DNA from: an uncultured Poribacteria bacterium
Lineage (GTDB): Bacteria > Poribacteria > WGA-4E > WGA-3G
DNA length: 64,000 nucleotides
Assembly: GCA_958296135.2 (NCBI GenBank)
Contig: CATQHZ020000001.1
Coordinates: 3,776,001-3,840,000 of the forward strand
Reading direction: 5' to 3'
Part shown: piece by piece, positions 20,201 through 31,200 of the stretch
How positions within the stretch are numbered: position 1 is the stretch's first letter
How the letters are laid out: the number at the start of each line of letters is the position of its first letter
Position numbers and translations under genes: made by a program
Notes under the pieces: model-generated
The model's database searches: none
What the model was told of the DNA's origin: nothing
The model's input: only the letters and a program-made list of their open reading frames with translations

Positions 20201-20530
20201 ATGCAGATTACTTCGTCACAAAAACTGAACGATTTTTCCCAGAGACATCCGAACAGCAAACCGGGCCTGGCTCGCTGGCGTGAATTGATAGCGCAAGCCA
20301 ATTTCAATTCAATCGTTGCTGTGCGTGAAGTGTTTCCGCACGCCGATCTGGTGAAGAAGAACGTGTCTACGCCACTCGGACAACCTGCACGCGAAATGAC
20401 ATATACCGTGTTCAACATTGGCGGCAACAAAACACGCCTCGTTACAACAATCCGATATGAATTACGACGTATTCGCGTCCATTATGTGTTCACGCACGCC
20501 GAGTATGAGAAATGGCTCAAGAGAGGTTAA
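20201..20530 (+). CDS. higB: HigB-family toxin (mRNA interferase)
   Basis: FPHADLV...TVFNIGGNKTRLV...FTHAEYEK signature. Confidence 0.85.
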   Translation: MQITSSQKLNDFSQRHPNSKPGLARWRELIAQANFNSIVAVREVFPHADLVKKNVSTPLGQPAREMTYTVFNIGGNKTRLVTTIRYELRRIRVHYVFTHAEYEKWLKRG

Positions 20531-20536
20531 GAACCC

Positions 20537-21526
20537 ATGTTAAGTCCGATACAAACCACGCAAAATGTATTACCGTTGCCGATTCTTTCTGTCTCCGCTG
20601 AAGTGAATCCGCCAGAGCCCTTTGTTTCGCAGCAGTCTCACTTACCGGAAGTGAATCACGTTCCTGAGGCAGCCCTCCTTCCGGAAGATTCAATTCCCTG
20701 GCTGCTAAGCGTCCAAGAGCTGCTAACCGAGCTCGTGAGTCGGAACGCCGCTCTCCGCTGCGTCACGGTGACAGAAGATGAATACGAACACCTCTCCGCA
20801 ATAATAGACGAGTTAACTTGGAGTGTTGGGGATGATGAAACGCATCCCTTAGCCGCCGCAGAAGCATGTGTCGGTGATTTTATGAGGAATTACGAAGATA
20901 AAAACTTCCCCAAAATGAGGGACCTCTGGCCGGAACTCCGCGAACAGGACCCGATTATCCAAGAAATTCTCGACAAGACCGGGGCGAATAAGAGGCACCT
21001 TTACGTCCCCACAGAAGAAGAGGTGGCCATTGATGCCTTTTTCGGCCTTGGAGGCTACCTGTGGGAAAAGGGACTGGGAGAACAAGCCATCTCGGCTTAC
21101 GACACGGCTCTCCACCTGAAACCCGATTATGCAGCGGCTTATTGCAACCGCGGGAGTATCCATTACGCCCTCGGCAACCACGCGGCGGCGATCCAGGATT
21201 ACAACGAAGCCATCCAACTACAGCCAGAGCGGGTAGAAGGCCATTTTAACCGCGCCGTGACGAAGTTTCAGATGCAGGACTATGCCGATGCAATTCGCGA
21301 TTACGACGCGGCCCTCGCACGAAAACCGGATTATGCGGACGCTTATGTGGGCCGCGCCCACGCAAAATTCGCAATGCACCAGTACGCCGAAGCAACGCGC
21401 GACTACGATGAGGCACTGCGTCTCACTCCAAACGACGAGGTGCGTTACTATCGAAACATCGCGCAAGCCCGCGCAACAAACGGAGACTCGCCGCTTACAG
21501 AAGGAAACCAAAAGGAGCAAACATGA
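20537..21526 (+). CDS. HigA-like N-terminal domain fused to TPR repeats
   Basis: 'EDEYEHL..IIDEL...VGDDETHPL....GDF...YED..FP' followed by about 4 TPRs (AY.NRG, DYNEAIQL.P). Confidence 0.75.
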   Translation: MLSPIQTTQNVLPLPILSVSAEVNPPEPFVSQQSHLPEVNHVPEAALLPEDSIPWLLSVQELLTELVSRNAALRCVTVTEDEYEHLSAIIDELTWSVGDDETHPLAAAEACVGDFMRNYEDKNFPKMRDLWPELREQDPIIQEILDKTGANKRHLYVPTEEEVAIDAFFGLGGYLWEKGLGEQAISAYDTALHLKPDYAAAYCNRGSIHYALGNHAAAIQDYNEAIQLQPERVEGHFNRAVTKFQMQDYADAIRDYDAALARKPDYADAYVGRAHAKFAMHQYAEATRDYDEALRLTPNDEVRYYRNIAQARATNGDSPLTEGNQKEQT

Positions 21527-23469
21527 AAACACTGACACACCTTGCACCCGCAAAACGCGCGATTATCATCGGTATGGACGGGGCAAGCATGGAACTCGTC
21601 AAAAACTCTATCGACTGGGGACACGCACCGAACATGGCACACCTGCTTAACACCGGCGTGTATCGCCCGATGATAGGCGTGTTCCCGACGCTCACACCAC
21701 CCGGCTGGACAGCACTCTCCACCGGCTCATGGCCCGGCACGCACAAGGTGATGGATTTTAACATCCGCGCCCTCGGCGAACAACTGGACAAGAGCGTATG
21801 GGGTATCAACACAGGGCTTTGTCAATCCGAATACCTGTGGAATCTCGTTGAACGTGCCGGCGGTAAACCGATTTTGGTAAAATGGGAGATGTCCTGGCCG
21901 CCCACCGTCAAAACGGGGATTCAGGTGGAGGGAACGGGCCCCGGGGTATCTAATCACCACCAGATTGCAGGGTATCACCTCTTCGTTGCCGGGAAATGGG
22001 CACCGCGTCCCATCGGCGGCCAACGCGATCCGGAAACCTTAGACCCGAGCGCGCTGCAGAAAATTCAACACATCGATCCTGTAGAAATCCAACCTGTCCC
22101 TCAGGCCCGCCAGGGAGAATTTCCATACCCGCCCTCAGAGAAGCCTGTGCTGGCAGTTGAATTGACTATCCAACCCTTAGCGCGCGGCAGAGAGGATATG
22201 AACCGCGGCGAAACTGGAACACCGAAACCGTTTTACGGGTTCATCTATGCCTCCGGCGAAAACGGATACGACAAAATACGCATCTGCCGAACCCGTTCCG
22301 GCGACGATGTCATCGCCGAACTCGGCGTGGGAGAGTGGAGTGACTGGTGGCTAGATGCTTTTGAAATCGATGGCGAAGAAGTGGAAGGCTACGTGCGGAT
22401 GAAGCTGGTAACGCTTACGCCGAACGCCGATGCGTTTGAGTTATTCGTGCCGCAGATCTGGCCCCGAGAGGGATACACGGTGCCTGCAGCTGTCGCGACG
22501 ACAATCGACGAAGAAATCGGTTCGTTCCTTCAGAATCCGGCGCGCGACGCGCTTGGGCAACTAGACGACGATACCTATTTTGAGCTGCTGGAGTATCACC
22601 ACCAACGCCTCGCCGATGTGGCAACGCACCTCGCCAAAAACAACGACGAGTGGGACGTGCTGATGGTAGAGACGCACGCGCCCGACTACGCCAGCCATTT
22701 CTTCCTCAGCCAAGCGGATGAAATCAGCGGTGCGGCTCCTGAAACCATCCACCGATGCCGTGAAGGCTTGCGCCGCACATACCAATCCGTCGATAGGATG
22801 ATAGGACGGTTGATGCAACTCGCCGATGAAGACACCGTCATCCTCGTCTGTTCCGACCACGGTGGCACGCCAAACCAATTCCGGGCTGTCGATATTGAGA
22901 AAGTGTTGGAGGAGACAGGATTCATCGTCCGCGCCGAAGATGGGGAGATTGACTGGAGCAAAACCCGCGCTGTCAATGTCGGCTTGGTGCATATCTTCAT
23001 CAACTTAGCTGGGCGCGAACCGAACGGCATCGTCGCACCGGCAGACTATGAGGCGACGCAACGTGAAATTATTGCAGCACTCCACGCTTATCAAGATGCA
23101 GAGACAGGAAGACATCCCTTTACCTTAGCGGTAACGCGCGCGGATGCGGAGATGCTCAATTTACACGGCGAGCTCGTTGGAGACGTTGTCTACGCGTTGC
23201 GGCCGGAGTTCGATGGCGCGCACGGGAAGCAGCTGCCTTCCGTCAGTTTCGGCATTGGTGGGCAGCATTCGACGTTTATTCTATCAGGTGCAGGCGTTCG
23301 GGAAGGTGTTGCTTTGCAGCGGCAAGTCCGCGTCGTTGATGTTGCGCCGACGCTTTGCTACTTGCTAGGACTCCCGATGCCAGCGAACGTCGAAGGCGGC
23401 GTGGTTTATGAAGCGTTAGAGGATGCGAATTGGCATTTGACGCGGCTGGCAGAATTGTCCAATCGTTAA
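21523..23469 (+). CDS. alkaline phosphatase / nucleotide pyrophosphatase family protein
   Basis: IGMDGA, PTLTPPGWTALSTG, CSDHG, DVAPTL. Confidence 0.9.
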   Translation: MKTLTHLAPAKRAIIIGMDGASMELVKNSIDWGHAPNMAHLLNTGVYRPMIGVFPTLTPPGWTALSTGSWPGTHKVMDFNIRALGEQLDKSVWGINTGLCQSEYLWNLVERAGGKPILVKWEMSWPPTVKTGIQVEGTGPGVSNHHQIAGYHLFVAGKWAPRPIGGQRDPETLDPSALQKIQHIDPVEIQPVPQARQGEFPYPPSEKPVLAVELTIQPLARGREDMNRGETGTPKPFYGFIYASGENGYDKIRICRTRSGDDVIAELGVGEWSDWWLDAFEIDGEEVEGYVRMKLVTLTPNADAFELFVPQIWPREGYTVPAAVATTIDEEIGSFLQNPARDALGQLDDDTYFELLEYHHQRLADVATHLAKNNDEWDVLMVETHAPDYASHFFLSQADEISGAAPETIHRCREGLRRTYQSVDRMIGRLMQLADEDTVILVCSDHGGTPNQFRAVDIEKVLEETGFIVRAEDGEIDWSKTRAVNVGLVHIFINLAGREPNGIVAPADYEATQREIIAALHAYQDAETGRHPFTLAVTRADAEMLNLHGELVGDVVYALRPEFDGAHGKQLPSVSFGIGGQHSTFILSGAGVREGVALQRQVRVVDVAPTLCYLLGLPMPANVEGGVVYEALEDANWHLTRLAELSNR

Positions 23470-23480
23470 ATCGCTCCATT

Positions 23481-23561
23481 CACCGTAGGGCGAGGCCCTG
23501 TGCCTCGCCATGCCACGTGCCACCTTTTCACCGTAGGGCGAGGTCTTGTGCCTCGCCATGC
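23481..23561 (+). repeat. two GTAG-REP palindromes
   Basis: CACCGTAGGGCGAGG(C/T)C(C/T)TGTGCCTCGCCATGC x2. Confidence 0.8.
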
Positions 23562-23789
23562 ATCGGTCGACTCAAAAATGCCAGGCTCCGGACAGTTCTC
23601 TATCGAGCGAGGGATCGCGGCGGACAGTGGACATCTCTGCAGCGGGACTGCAGAGATGCCAGCGTTTCGGCGTGACGGCCACCGCCCTACGGACGGGAGG
23701 CGCCTCGGCTGTTTTTCGTTTCGAGCGGGAGACCGCGACAGACAAGCCCCGCGCTACGGTAAAAGGCAGTAGGATTCGTTAAAAAAGTC

Positions 23790-25280
23790 CTAAGGCACCC
23801 GATGAATATAAACATCATAATCCTCACCGCGCGCATCACTCCAGACGATAATGGCTTTCCCAGCACCAGCCACTACTGCCTGCGGTGAGATTTGCTCTTT
23901 CTTCGCGGTGCAGACCGGCACCCCATCTGTTTCCCACAGAACCTCGCCATTAGCACTAAGGCGTTGCGCATAGATGGCATCCTCGGTGGTATCGCCGAAG
24001 TCTTCGCGGTAATCAAGCCAATAGGCTATCGCGCCGCCATCACCTGCGGCGACGAGCCGCGGCTCACGCTGGACCCCGGCACCGGTGCAGACCGGCACTC
24101 CCTCCATTGCCCAAAGCACTTCGCCTGCCGCGCTCACCCGCTGCGCATAGATGTCGGCGAAGATATCGCGCTCATCCCACCAAACGACGATGAAGCCGCC
24201 CGCGCCATCCGGCAGACAACTCGGCTGCTGCTGATTCACAGCCAACGTGCAGATAGGCATCCCATCCTTCTGCCAAAGCGCGGTGCCATCGGCATTGACA
24301 TGCTGCGCATACAACTGCGCACTCGTGTAGAAACGCGGATCGTTGCGATAATCTGACCAGGTGAAGAACGCCCCACCGTTCGCATCGCTGACGACAGCTG
24401 GGCCTCCCTGATTGCCCATCGCTGTGCAGATAGGCATCGCGGGCGAACCTGTTGTAGGCGCGCTTTGGAAGCGCGCATCTAAACCCCACATCGGTACGCC
24501 TGCTGCAGACAGGCGTTGCGCGAAGATGTTCCAATCCGGCGTGCTGATGTCCCACCATGCAAAAATCGCGCCGCCCGCGCCATCGGCGATTAAAACCGGG
24601 TCATACTGGTCCCCCTCGCCTTTGTAGGCAGGAACGCCGTTTTCTTCCCAAACCGGTTTTCCGGTGCCGTCAATTTTCTGTGCATAGACATCTTGATTGC
24701 CGTTTCGCCAGTCTTCCCACGTCACAATCACGCCGCCCGCGCCATCGGCGATGGCTTTCAGGCCGTCTTGTAAGGACGGTTCGGTGCAGACAGAGATGCC
24801 TTCGGGTTGCCACAATTTTGTGCCGCTTGCGTCAATGCGTTGCGCGTAGATGTCTTGGTTGCCGTAGCGCGTATCTCCCCAGACAACGATGGCACCGTCG
24901 TCTCCATCGGCTACAATCAGGGGCCAACTTTGCGCGGCGGGCGTATCACAAACGGGGATGCCATCGGGGTTCCAGAGCATCTCGCCGGTTGCGCTGACGC
25001 GCTGTGCGTAGATGTCGCGGTTTGCATCGCGGGCATCACTCCACGCCACGATGGCACCGCCCGCACCATCGGCGATTAGCACAGGGAAGTGTTGTTCGTT
25101 CTTCGCAGTGCAGAGCGGCACATTTTCTGTCGGCGAGGCAACCCAGGCTGCGAAAGCGGTGCCGATGCTCAGCAGAAGAGAAAGCAGGCAGACGCTGAAC
25201 CATTCGGGCCGCCAATAACGTAACACAGCCCTAGAAAAATTATGGAGAAAAAGTGGGTTCCTGGTCGAGGATATAGCCAA
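23790..25280 (-). CDS. secreted repeat protein (probable beta-propeller)
   Basis: About 7-8 repeats of 'Q..P.L.ADGAGGAIV.W.D.R....DIYAQR....G..LW..G.P.C'; exact start uncertain. Confidence 0.8.
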   Translation of the reverse strand: MAISSTRNPLFLHNFSRAVLRYWRPEWFSVCLLSLLLSIGTAFAAWVASPTENVPLCTAKNEQHFPVLIADGAGGAIVAWSDARDANRDIYAQRVSATGEMLWNPDGIPVCDTPAAQSWPLIVADGDDGAIVVWGDTRYGNQDIYAQRIDASGTKLWQPEGISVCTEPSLQDGLKAIADGAGGVIVTWEDWRNGNQDVYAQKIDGTGKPVWEENGVPAYKGEGDQYDPVLIADGAGGAIFAWWDISTPDWNIFAQRLSAAGVPMWGLDARFQSAPTTGSPAMPICTAMGNQGGPAVVSDANGGAFFTWSDYRNDPRFYTSAQLYAQHVNADGTALWQKDGMPICTLAVNQQQPSCLPDGAGGFIVVWWDERDIFADIYAQRVSAAGEVLWAMEGVPVCTGAGVQREPRLVAAGDGGAIAYWLDYREDFGDTTEDAIYAQRLSANGEVLWETDGVPVCTAKKEQISPQAVVAGAGKAIIVWSDARGEDYDVYIHRVP

Positions 25281-26214
25281 TTGGGTTTACCCATTTTCTT
25301 TTGCGGGTGTCGTAAACGCCGTAGTGGAGATGCGGTCCGGTGCTGCGTCCCGTGTTTCCGACGTAGCCGATGACTTGCCCGCGTTTCACTTTCTGTCCTA
25401 CCTTGAGTCCGTCCACGTAACCCTTCAGATGCGCATACAAGGTTTTCAGGTGCTGTGGCGCGTGGTTCAACTCAATCATCTTGCCGAGGTATGCGTCCCG
25501 TTTTATTTTCGTAACGGTTCCATCGCCCGGCGCGAGGACTGGCACGCCTGAGCGGGTTTTGATGTCCAGTCCCCGGTGAAATTCGCGTTTTTTCGTCAAG
25601 GGATGGATGCGCGTCCCGAACGGCGAAGAATACCAGAAAACCCGCTTCTGGTTTCCTTCTGCCACTTCCAATTGAACCGGCAGCACTGAGGGATACCCGT
25701 TCGCTTGTTCTTCATGCTCGACAACGTAATCGTAAAGCGGCTGAATCTCCTGTCTCAGGATGCCGGGCGTGAGAGGTTGCGTCTCGGTATTTCCGCCGTA
25801 TGTTTCGGAGTCGGTGGGCGCGTGGTTCGTACCCGCTGGTTCCCCAAAATCGGTTTCGGTTTCCGAGTCCGATGTCGGTTCATAAGTACCGCCGCCTTGT
25901 CCGAGGATGCCCAACCCCTGTTTGACCTTCACGGCCATGTCGCGGATATCGTTCATTTCCGATTCAACGTTTTCGAGCGCTGTCTCAACGATGAGTTTCT
26001 CCTGCTCCAAGCGTTCAATTCTCTCCAATGAATCTTGTCGTTGTTTTTCGGCGGTAACCGATTTCTTTTTTTGGAAGAGTCCGTAGCCTATCCCGCCGCC
26101 TGTCCCCACAACGGCGAGGAGCACAACGAGCGCGAGTAGCAATAAGTGCCACGGTCCGATTGGATGCTGGCGGAAGGACTTACCGCCCGATGACATAATA
26201 ATGAAGGTATACAT
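25240..26214 (-). CDS. M23 family peptidase
   Basis: TM plus coiled coil; FHRGLD, YAHL, GRSTGPHLHY. Confidence 0.92.
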   Translation of the reverse strand: MYTFIIMSSGGKSFRQHPIGPWHLLLLALVVLLAVVGTGGGIGYGLFQKKKSVTAEKQRQDSLERIERLEQEKLIVETALENVESEMNDIRDMAVKVKQGLGILGQGGGTYEPTSDSETETDFGEPAGTNHAPTDSETYGGNTETQPLTPGILRQEIQPLYDYVVEHEEQANGYPSVLPVQLEVAEGNQKRVFWYSSPFGTRIHPLTKKREFHRGLDIKTRSGVPVLAPGDGTVTKIKRDAYLGKMIELNHAPQHLKTLYAHLKGYVDGLKVGQKVKRGQVIGYVGNTGRSTGPHLHYGVYDTRKRKWVNPIGYILDQEPTFSP

Positions 26215-26276
26215 CAAGAAGTTATCCTTTGCGATTGAAGTTGCAGTGGCGGTAGGCGTGCTTACCGCCACGTCGA

Positions 26277-27830
26277 TTAAATCAGCAGTTCGCTCCCGAT
26301 AGGAAAAAACTGGTCTGCGATGTGTTGTAAATCCATAGAAGTGTTGTGTTCAAACGCCACCACCTCCACGCGTTTGTCCTGTTGTTTGATGAGCTCTGCG
26401 AGCGGGCAAAAGTCACCGTCGCCACTAGCGAGTATGACGACATCCAGCGTGCCGAGCATTGAGACGACATCGACAGCGATGCCGACATCCCAATCGCCTT
26501 TCGCCGAACCGTCGCCGCGCAGACGCAAGTCCTTGCTCTTGATCGTATACCCGTTATGCTCAAGCAGTGACAGAAAGCTGGACTGATTAATCTCCGGTAT
26601 CTGCACCACATAGGCATACGCAGCCTCCAAGTGCCGCGGGCCGACTATCAGGTCGAGCAGTTTGATGTAATCCACGCGTCGGGCAAACCGGTCTTTCGCG
26701 GCGTAAAACATATTCTGGACATCCACAAATACGCCAACGCGCGGCTGCTCGGAAGTCAGCGCGTGCCTGCCGGCAGCGTCCGGCGGCGTATCCAAATAGG
26801 TGAGGGTGTCGCGAATCCGTGTCAGGGCACCGCGCGTAGCATCCTGGTTTTTTTGCAACGCGTTGTAATGCGCATCAAGGCTCGTCTGCAGCTCCTCCAA
26901 TCCCTGATTGCCTTTGTAAACCGCTTCTTCAACTAACGTCAGATCCACGGCGAAGGTTTCTTTTGCTGCCTTAATTCGTTCGTATTCCTTGAGCTGGGCC
27001 GCCGTATTTTCCTGTGCGGCAAACAAGTTCTGATTCTCATACTTCAGCTGCTGCAGCTCCTCATCGGTTTGGGTATACTGCGCCTCCCGCTCGCGGAGAA
27101 TGCTGTTCTCCTGTTCAAGGACGTTCAACCGTTTCCGGTCAACTTGATACTCCTGCTCTTTGGCTTTCAACGCCTCGTTTTCCCCAAGCAGGAACGCAAC
27201 ATGCTGCTCCAACCGCTTATGCTTCCTCTCCAGCGCCGTGTACTGCCCCCGCAAGTCATCCCGTTTGCGTTGGAGAAGCTCCATTTCCCGGGTCTGGTTT
27301 TCAAACTCCTGCTTCGCGCTTTCCAAACTGGAAGCGTATTCGGCTTGGATGCGTTCAATCTTCTCGGTAGTGAGCTGATTTTCGCGCTCGGTTTCGTGCG
27401 CAGCGCGAGTGTCCGCGTCGGCGTGTGAGATGTGCAGGAGGTTATAGCCGTGCGTCGCAACTGCTGTCCGCTCATCGGTTAAAAGAGCCCAAACGACTTC
27501 AGCGAATTCGCCCGCCTCGATGAGCGTTTCGGAAGTATCAAAAAACATTTTGATTTCCTCAACCTCCATATAGCCGACGCGGGCAATCGCTGCTTCCGCC
27601 TGTTCGGAAAAGAACTCGCAGACTGTATCTTCAACGGCAGCCTCGACAAAAAAGGCATCCGTTAAACTGGCCAACAATCGTCGTTTTGAGAGTGAGCAGA
27701 GCCTGTCTATGTCCGGCACAAGCCCTGAAAGGGTTACCAATTGGAAGACAGCACGCTGGTCTAGAAGCATACCGAGCAACCACGTGAACTGGCCCCGCCG
27801 TATTTGCAATTTTGGGTTCAATTTTGACAT
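26277..27830 (-). CDS. NYN (LabA/DUF88) domain protein with long coiled coil
   Basis: VFVDVQNM, KGDWDVG, SGDGDF. Confidence 0.88.
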   Translation of the reverse strand: MSKLNPKLQIRRGQFTWLLGMLLDQRAVFQLVTLSGLVPDIDRLCSLSKRRLLASLTDAFFVEAAVEDTVCEFFSEQAEAAIARVGYMEVEEIKMFFDTSETLIEAGEFAEVVWALLTDERTAVATHGYNLLHISHADADTRAAHETERENQLTTEKIERIQAEYASSLESAKQEFENQTREMELLQRKRDDLRGQYTALERKHKRLEQHVAFLLGENEALKAKEQEYQVDRKRLNVLEQENSILREREAQYTQTDEELQQLKYENQNLFAAQENTAAQLKEYERIKAAKETFAVDLTLVEEAVYKGNQGLEELQTSLDAHYNALQKNQDATRGALTRIRDTLTYLDTPPDAAGRHALTSEQPRVGVFVDVQNMFYAAKDRFARRVDYIKLLDLIVGPRHLEAAYAYVVQIPEINQSSFLSLLEHNGYTIKSKDLRLRGDGSAKGDWDVGIAVDVVSMLGTLDVVILASGDGDFCPLAELIKQQDKRVEVVAFEHNTSMDLQHIADQFFPIGSELLI

Positions 27831-27870
27831 TGTTCACTTCCTCCGCATGGGAGGCGCGGATGTTCCATCG

Positions 27871-29196
27871 TTAAATTTTGATAATTTTTTCTCGGCCTTG
27901 GTGTATCCCCCGGGTTGCGTTGCGCGTATCAACGATGACTTGGGCGTGTTGCACAACTTTCTCGTAATCGATGCCGCCGTGGTCGGTGAGAATCACAACG
28001 CCATCGACACTTTCCACAAGCGCGGGGGTCAGCGGTTGAGAATAATAGGTTTTTGGCGCATCAAGAACAAAATCTGATACGTAAGGATCATGATACACGA
28101 AATCCGCTTTTTTGTCAAGAATTAATCGGATGACTTCAATTGCAGGGGATTCTCGGATGTCGCCGATGCCTTTTTTGTAAGCGATTCCCAAGATGAGGAG
28201 TTTTGAACCGTTGAGCGGTTTCCGTTGGAGATTCAGTGCATGCGTGATTTTGTCAAGCACATATTTCGGCATCGCACCGTTAATATCACTGGCGAGTTCG
28301 ATGAAGCGCGCGTGATGATGATAGGCACGCGCCTTCCAGGAGAGATACTGCGCATCGATGGGGATGCAGTGCCCACCAGAACCGGGCCCAGGATAAAACG
28401 GCATAAACCCGAACGGTTTCGTCGCAGCAGCATCCACAATCTCCCACACATCTAACCCCATCTTATCGCAAATCAGTGCTATCTCATTGATGAACCCAAT
28501 ATTGACACTGCGGAAGGTGTTTTCTAGCAGTTTGACCATCTCTGCGGCGCGCGGTGAAGAGACGGTGTGCGTTTTAGCGATAAATTGCTCGTAGAAGGCG
28601 GTAGCCATGTAAGTGCATTTCGGGGTAATGCCGCCAACAATCTTGGGAGTGTTCGTCATGAAATAGGTGCTATTGCCAGGCTCAATTCGTTCGGGTGAGA
28701 AGGCGAGGTAGAAATCGCGCCCTACCCGCGGACAATTCTGCGTTGTGCCAGATACCAGCATCGGTAGGACGATTTCTTCAGTTGTGCCGGGGTAGGTTGT
28801 GCTCTCCAGAATAATCAGCTGCTCGCGATGCAGGTAGCGCGTAATCTGCTGAACGGCGGCATGGATGAACTGCATATCCGGCGTTCGGTTCGCGTTCAGC
28901 GGCGTCGGCACGCAGATATTGACGGTATCCAATTCGCGAAGCACGGCATAATCTGTCGTCACCTGAATGCGTCCAGCCTCAATCAAATCGGCGAGGATTG
29001 GCCCGGGGACATCGGGAACGTCGGAGGTGCCGCGCTGCAACCGCGCGATTTTCTCCTCGCAGATATCAATGCCCGTGACGCAGAACCCGGCGTTCGCGAT
29101 GGCCACCATGAGCGGCAGCCCGACATAGCCGAGTCCGATAACACCGGCGCAAGCGGTACGGGTTTCAATTTTCTGAAGAAGCGTTTTTTCCATCAT
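27871..29196 (-). CDS. nucleotide-sugar dehydrogenase (WecC/TviB-like)
   Basis: GLGYVGLP, ESTTYPGTT, FSPERI, GGHCIPID. Confidence 0.9.
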   Translation of the reverse strand: MMEKTLLQKIETRTACAGVIGLGYVGLPLMVAIANAGFCVTGIDICEEKIARLQRGTSDVPDVPGPILADLIEAGRIQVTTDYAVLRELDTVNICVPTPLNANRTPDMQFIHAAVQQITRYLHREQLIILESTTYPGTTEEIVLPMLVSGTTQNCPRVGRDFYLAFSPERIEPGNSTYFMTNTPKIVGGITPKCTYMATAFYEQFIAKTHTVSSPRAAEMVKLLENTFRSVNIGFINEIALICDKMGLDVWEIVDAAATKPFGFMPFYPGPGSGGHCIPIDAQYLSWKARAYHHHARFIELASDINGAMPKYVLDKITHALNLQRKPLNGSKLLILGIAYKKGIGDIRESPAIEVIRLILDKKADFVYHDPYVSDFVLDAPKTYYSQPLTPALVESVDGVVILTDHGGIDYEKVVQHAQVIVDTRNATRGIHQGREKIIKI

Positions 29197-29798
29197 TCGC
29201 CGGTTTCCGTTAGCCAACATACTGCTGCGTAGAGGTTGGTAAAGATTTTGTCGGGTTGCGGTGTTATTGCGTTTGCATCCGCGCGCTGGGAATGAATGTA
29301 GCGACGGTAACTCTCGCGTCCATGCCCGGTTAAAACCAGTATCGTTGAGGCACCCGCGCTGTGGCCTGCCTCAATATCCGTTAGTGAATCGCCGATGAAA
29401 TATGTTCTTGACACGTCAACGCCGTGGTCGCGGGCGGCGCGAAGTAGCATTCCCGGCTTCGGCTTTCGGCACTCGCACCCGACATCTGGATGGTGTGGGC
29501 AATAGTAGACAGCGTGGATTTTTCCGCCGGCCGCCGCAACCTCGATAACCATCCGACGGTGGATATCCTTCAGGTTCTCCTCAGTAAAGATACTTCTCCC
29601 GATACCCGCCTGATTGGTAATCACAATAACACGATACCCGTTTTGTGTCAAGTTTCGGATAGCCTTCCGGGCGTTTGGAATGAAGGCGAACTCTTCCCAC
29701 GTTCCAGCATAACCGTAATTTGGTGGATTTTGGATGAAGGAGGACGCTTCCGACGTTTTGTTGATAACGCCGTCTCTATCCAGAAAAATCGTTTTCAT
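29193..29798 (-). CDS. gmhB: D,D-heptose 1,7-bisphosphate phosphatase
   Basis: FLDRDGVIN, TNQAG, CPHHP..CECRKPKPGML, IGD. Confidence 0.88.
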   Translation of the reverse strand: MKTIFLDRDGVINKTSEASSFIQNPPNYGYAGTWEEFAFIPNARKAIRNLTQNGYRVIVITNQAGIGRSIFTEENLKDIHRRMVIEVAAAGGKIHAVYYCPHHPDVGCECRKPKPGMLLRAARDHGVDVSRTYFIGDSLTDIEAGHSAGASTILVLTGHGRESYRRYIHSQRADANAITPQPDKIFTNLYAAVCWLTETGE

Positions 29799-30790
29799 CG
29801 TGCCTCAATTGCCGCTAGCAGTTCTCCCGGTGTGACAGTCGCGCACCCCATTTTCCCTACAACAATGCCGCCGGCAAGATTGGATAACTCAGCGGCACTC
29901 CGAATATCGGCGCACCGCTTGCAACCAAGTGCGAGCGCGAAAACGGCGGTGACTGTGTCACCCGCGCCCGTTACATCGGTAACCGCGCTTGATTGCGGCG
30001 GCAGATGCTCCACTTGATTGCGCTGGAAGAGCGTCATCCCTTTTTCGTCGCGCGTCACCAACACAGCGGTGACAGCGAGCCGTTCCAAAATCTGCTCACC
30101 GGCGGCAGCAAGGCTCGCCTCATCGCTCAGTTTTGTGTCGACAGCAGCACCTGCTTCTTTCTCATTCGGCGTGACAGCGGTTACGCCTTTGTAATGCCAG
30201 AAGTTATTTTTCTTCGGATCGGCGATAATCGGGATGCGCAAGGGCTTCGCCTGTTTCACGACAGCTCGAATGAGTACCGGACTGACAACTCCCTTATCGT
30301 AGTCCGCGAAGACAATCGCATCCGTTTCTGCAAGCTGTGCGGTGACAGCATCCAGCAATCGCGCCCGCTGTCGCGCGGAGATTTGATGCTTCGCCTCTTT
30401 ATCAAGACGGAGTAAATGGTGTCCCTGCCTGTTTTTTTCTGTTCCTCCGACGATGACGCGAGTTTTCGTGCTCGTCGGCCGCTGTGCATCCGTGCAGATG
30501 CCGGTGCTGCCGATACGTCTCTCGGCGAGCATCCGGCGCAGTTCTTCCGCCGCGCTGTCTTCCCCGATGACACCGATGAGTTCTGCCTCGCCGCCTAAAC
30601 TGGCGATGTTCTGTGCGACATTCGCCGCGCCGCCGCAGCCTGTCGCTTCTGCAGTGATGTCAAACACCGGCACCGGTGCCTCCGGAGAAATTCGGTTGAC
30701 ATCGCCCCAGAGATACGCGTCAACGATGATATCCCCGATGATGATGACTCGTTTGCCTTGAAGTTGTGCAAAAAGCGTTTTTAAGTTCAC
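29795..30790 (-). CDS. rfaE1: D-glycero-beta-D-manno-heptose-7-phosphate kinase
   Basis: RISPEAPVP, GGAANVA, DYDKG, DVTGAGDTV. Confidence 0.9.
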   Translation of the reverse strand: MNLKTLFAQLQGKRVIIIGDIIVDAYLWGDVNRISPEAPVPVFDITAEATGCGGAANVAQNIASLGGEAELIGVIGEDSAAEELRRMLAERRIGSTGICTDAQRPTSTKTRVIVGGTEKNRQGHHLLRLDKEAKHQISARQRARLLDAVTAQLAETDAIVFADYDKGVVSPVLIRAVVKQAKPLRIPIIADPKKNNFWHYKGVTAVTPNEKEAGAAVDTKLSDEASLAAAGEQILERLAVTAVLVTRDEKGMTLFQRNQVEHLPPQSSAVTDVTGAGDTVTAVFALALGCKRCADIRSAAELSNLAGGIVVGKMGCATVTPGELLAAIEAR

Positions 30791-31020
30791 GAGATTATAC
30801 TAACAGACATCCGCAGGTTAAAGCAAGCAGCATTTTTATTTATCGGTACTTTACGCTATTTCATTTTTTCAAGCAAGAATTATTTTTCGGCGGAAATAGA
30901 AATCCGCCCTGACAATTCACCCGCGGATTTTGCTTGACAATTTTGATAGGATATGTTAACCTATTTTAACGTTGGAGAATGGGGATGTGAGAAGGGAGAA
31001 GGCGACGCAAAAAGAAAAAG

Positions 31021-31093
<73 letters not shown>

Positions 31094-31200
31094 ACGTTAA
31101 TAATGCGATTGTTTTAATTATACCACATTTCCGTGCGAAATGCAAATTAAATTGCACTTTTTTGCGGAAAATTATCAAAAAAACGACCGGAAGGCTCAAA

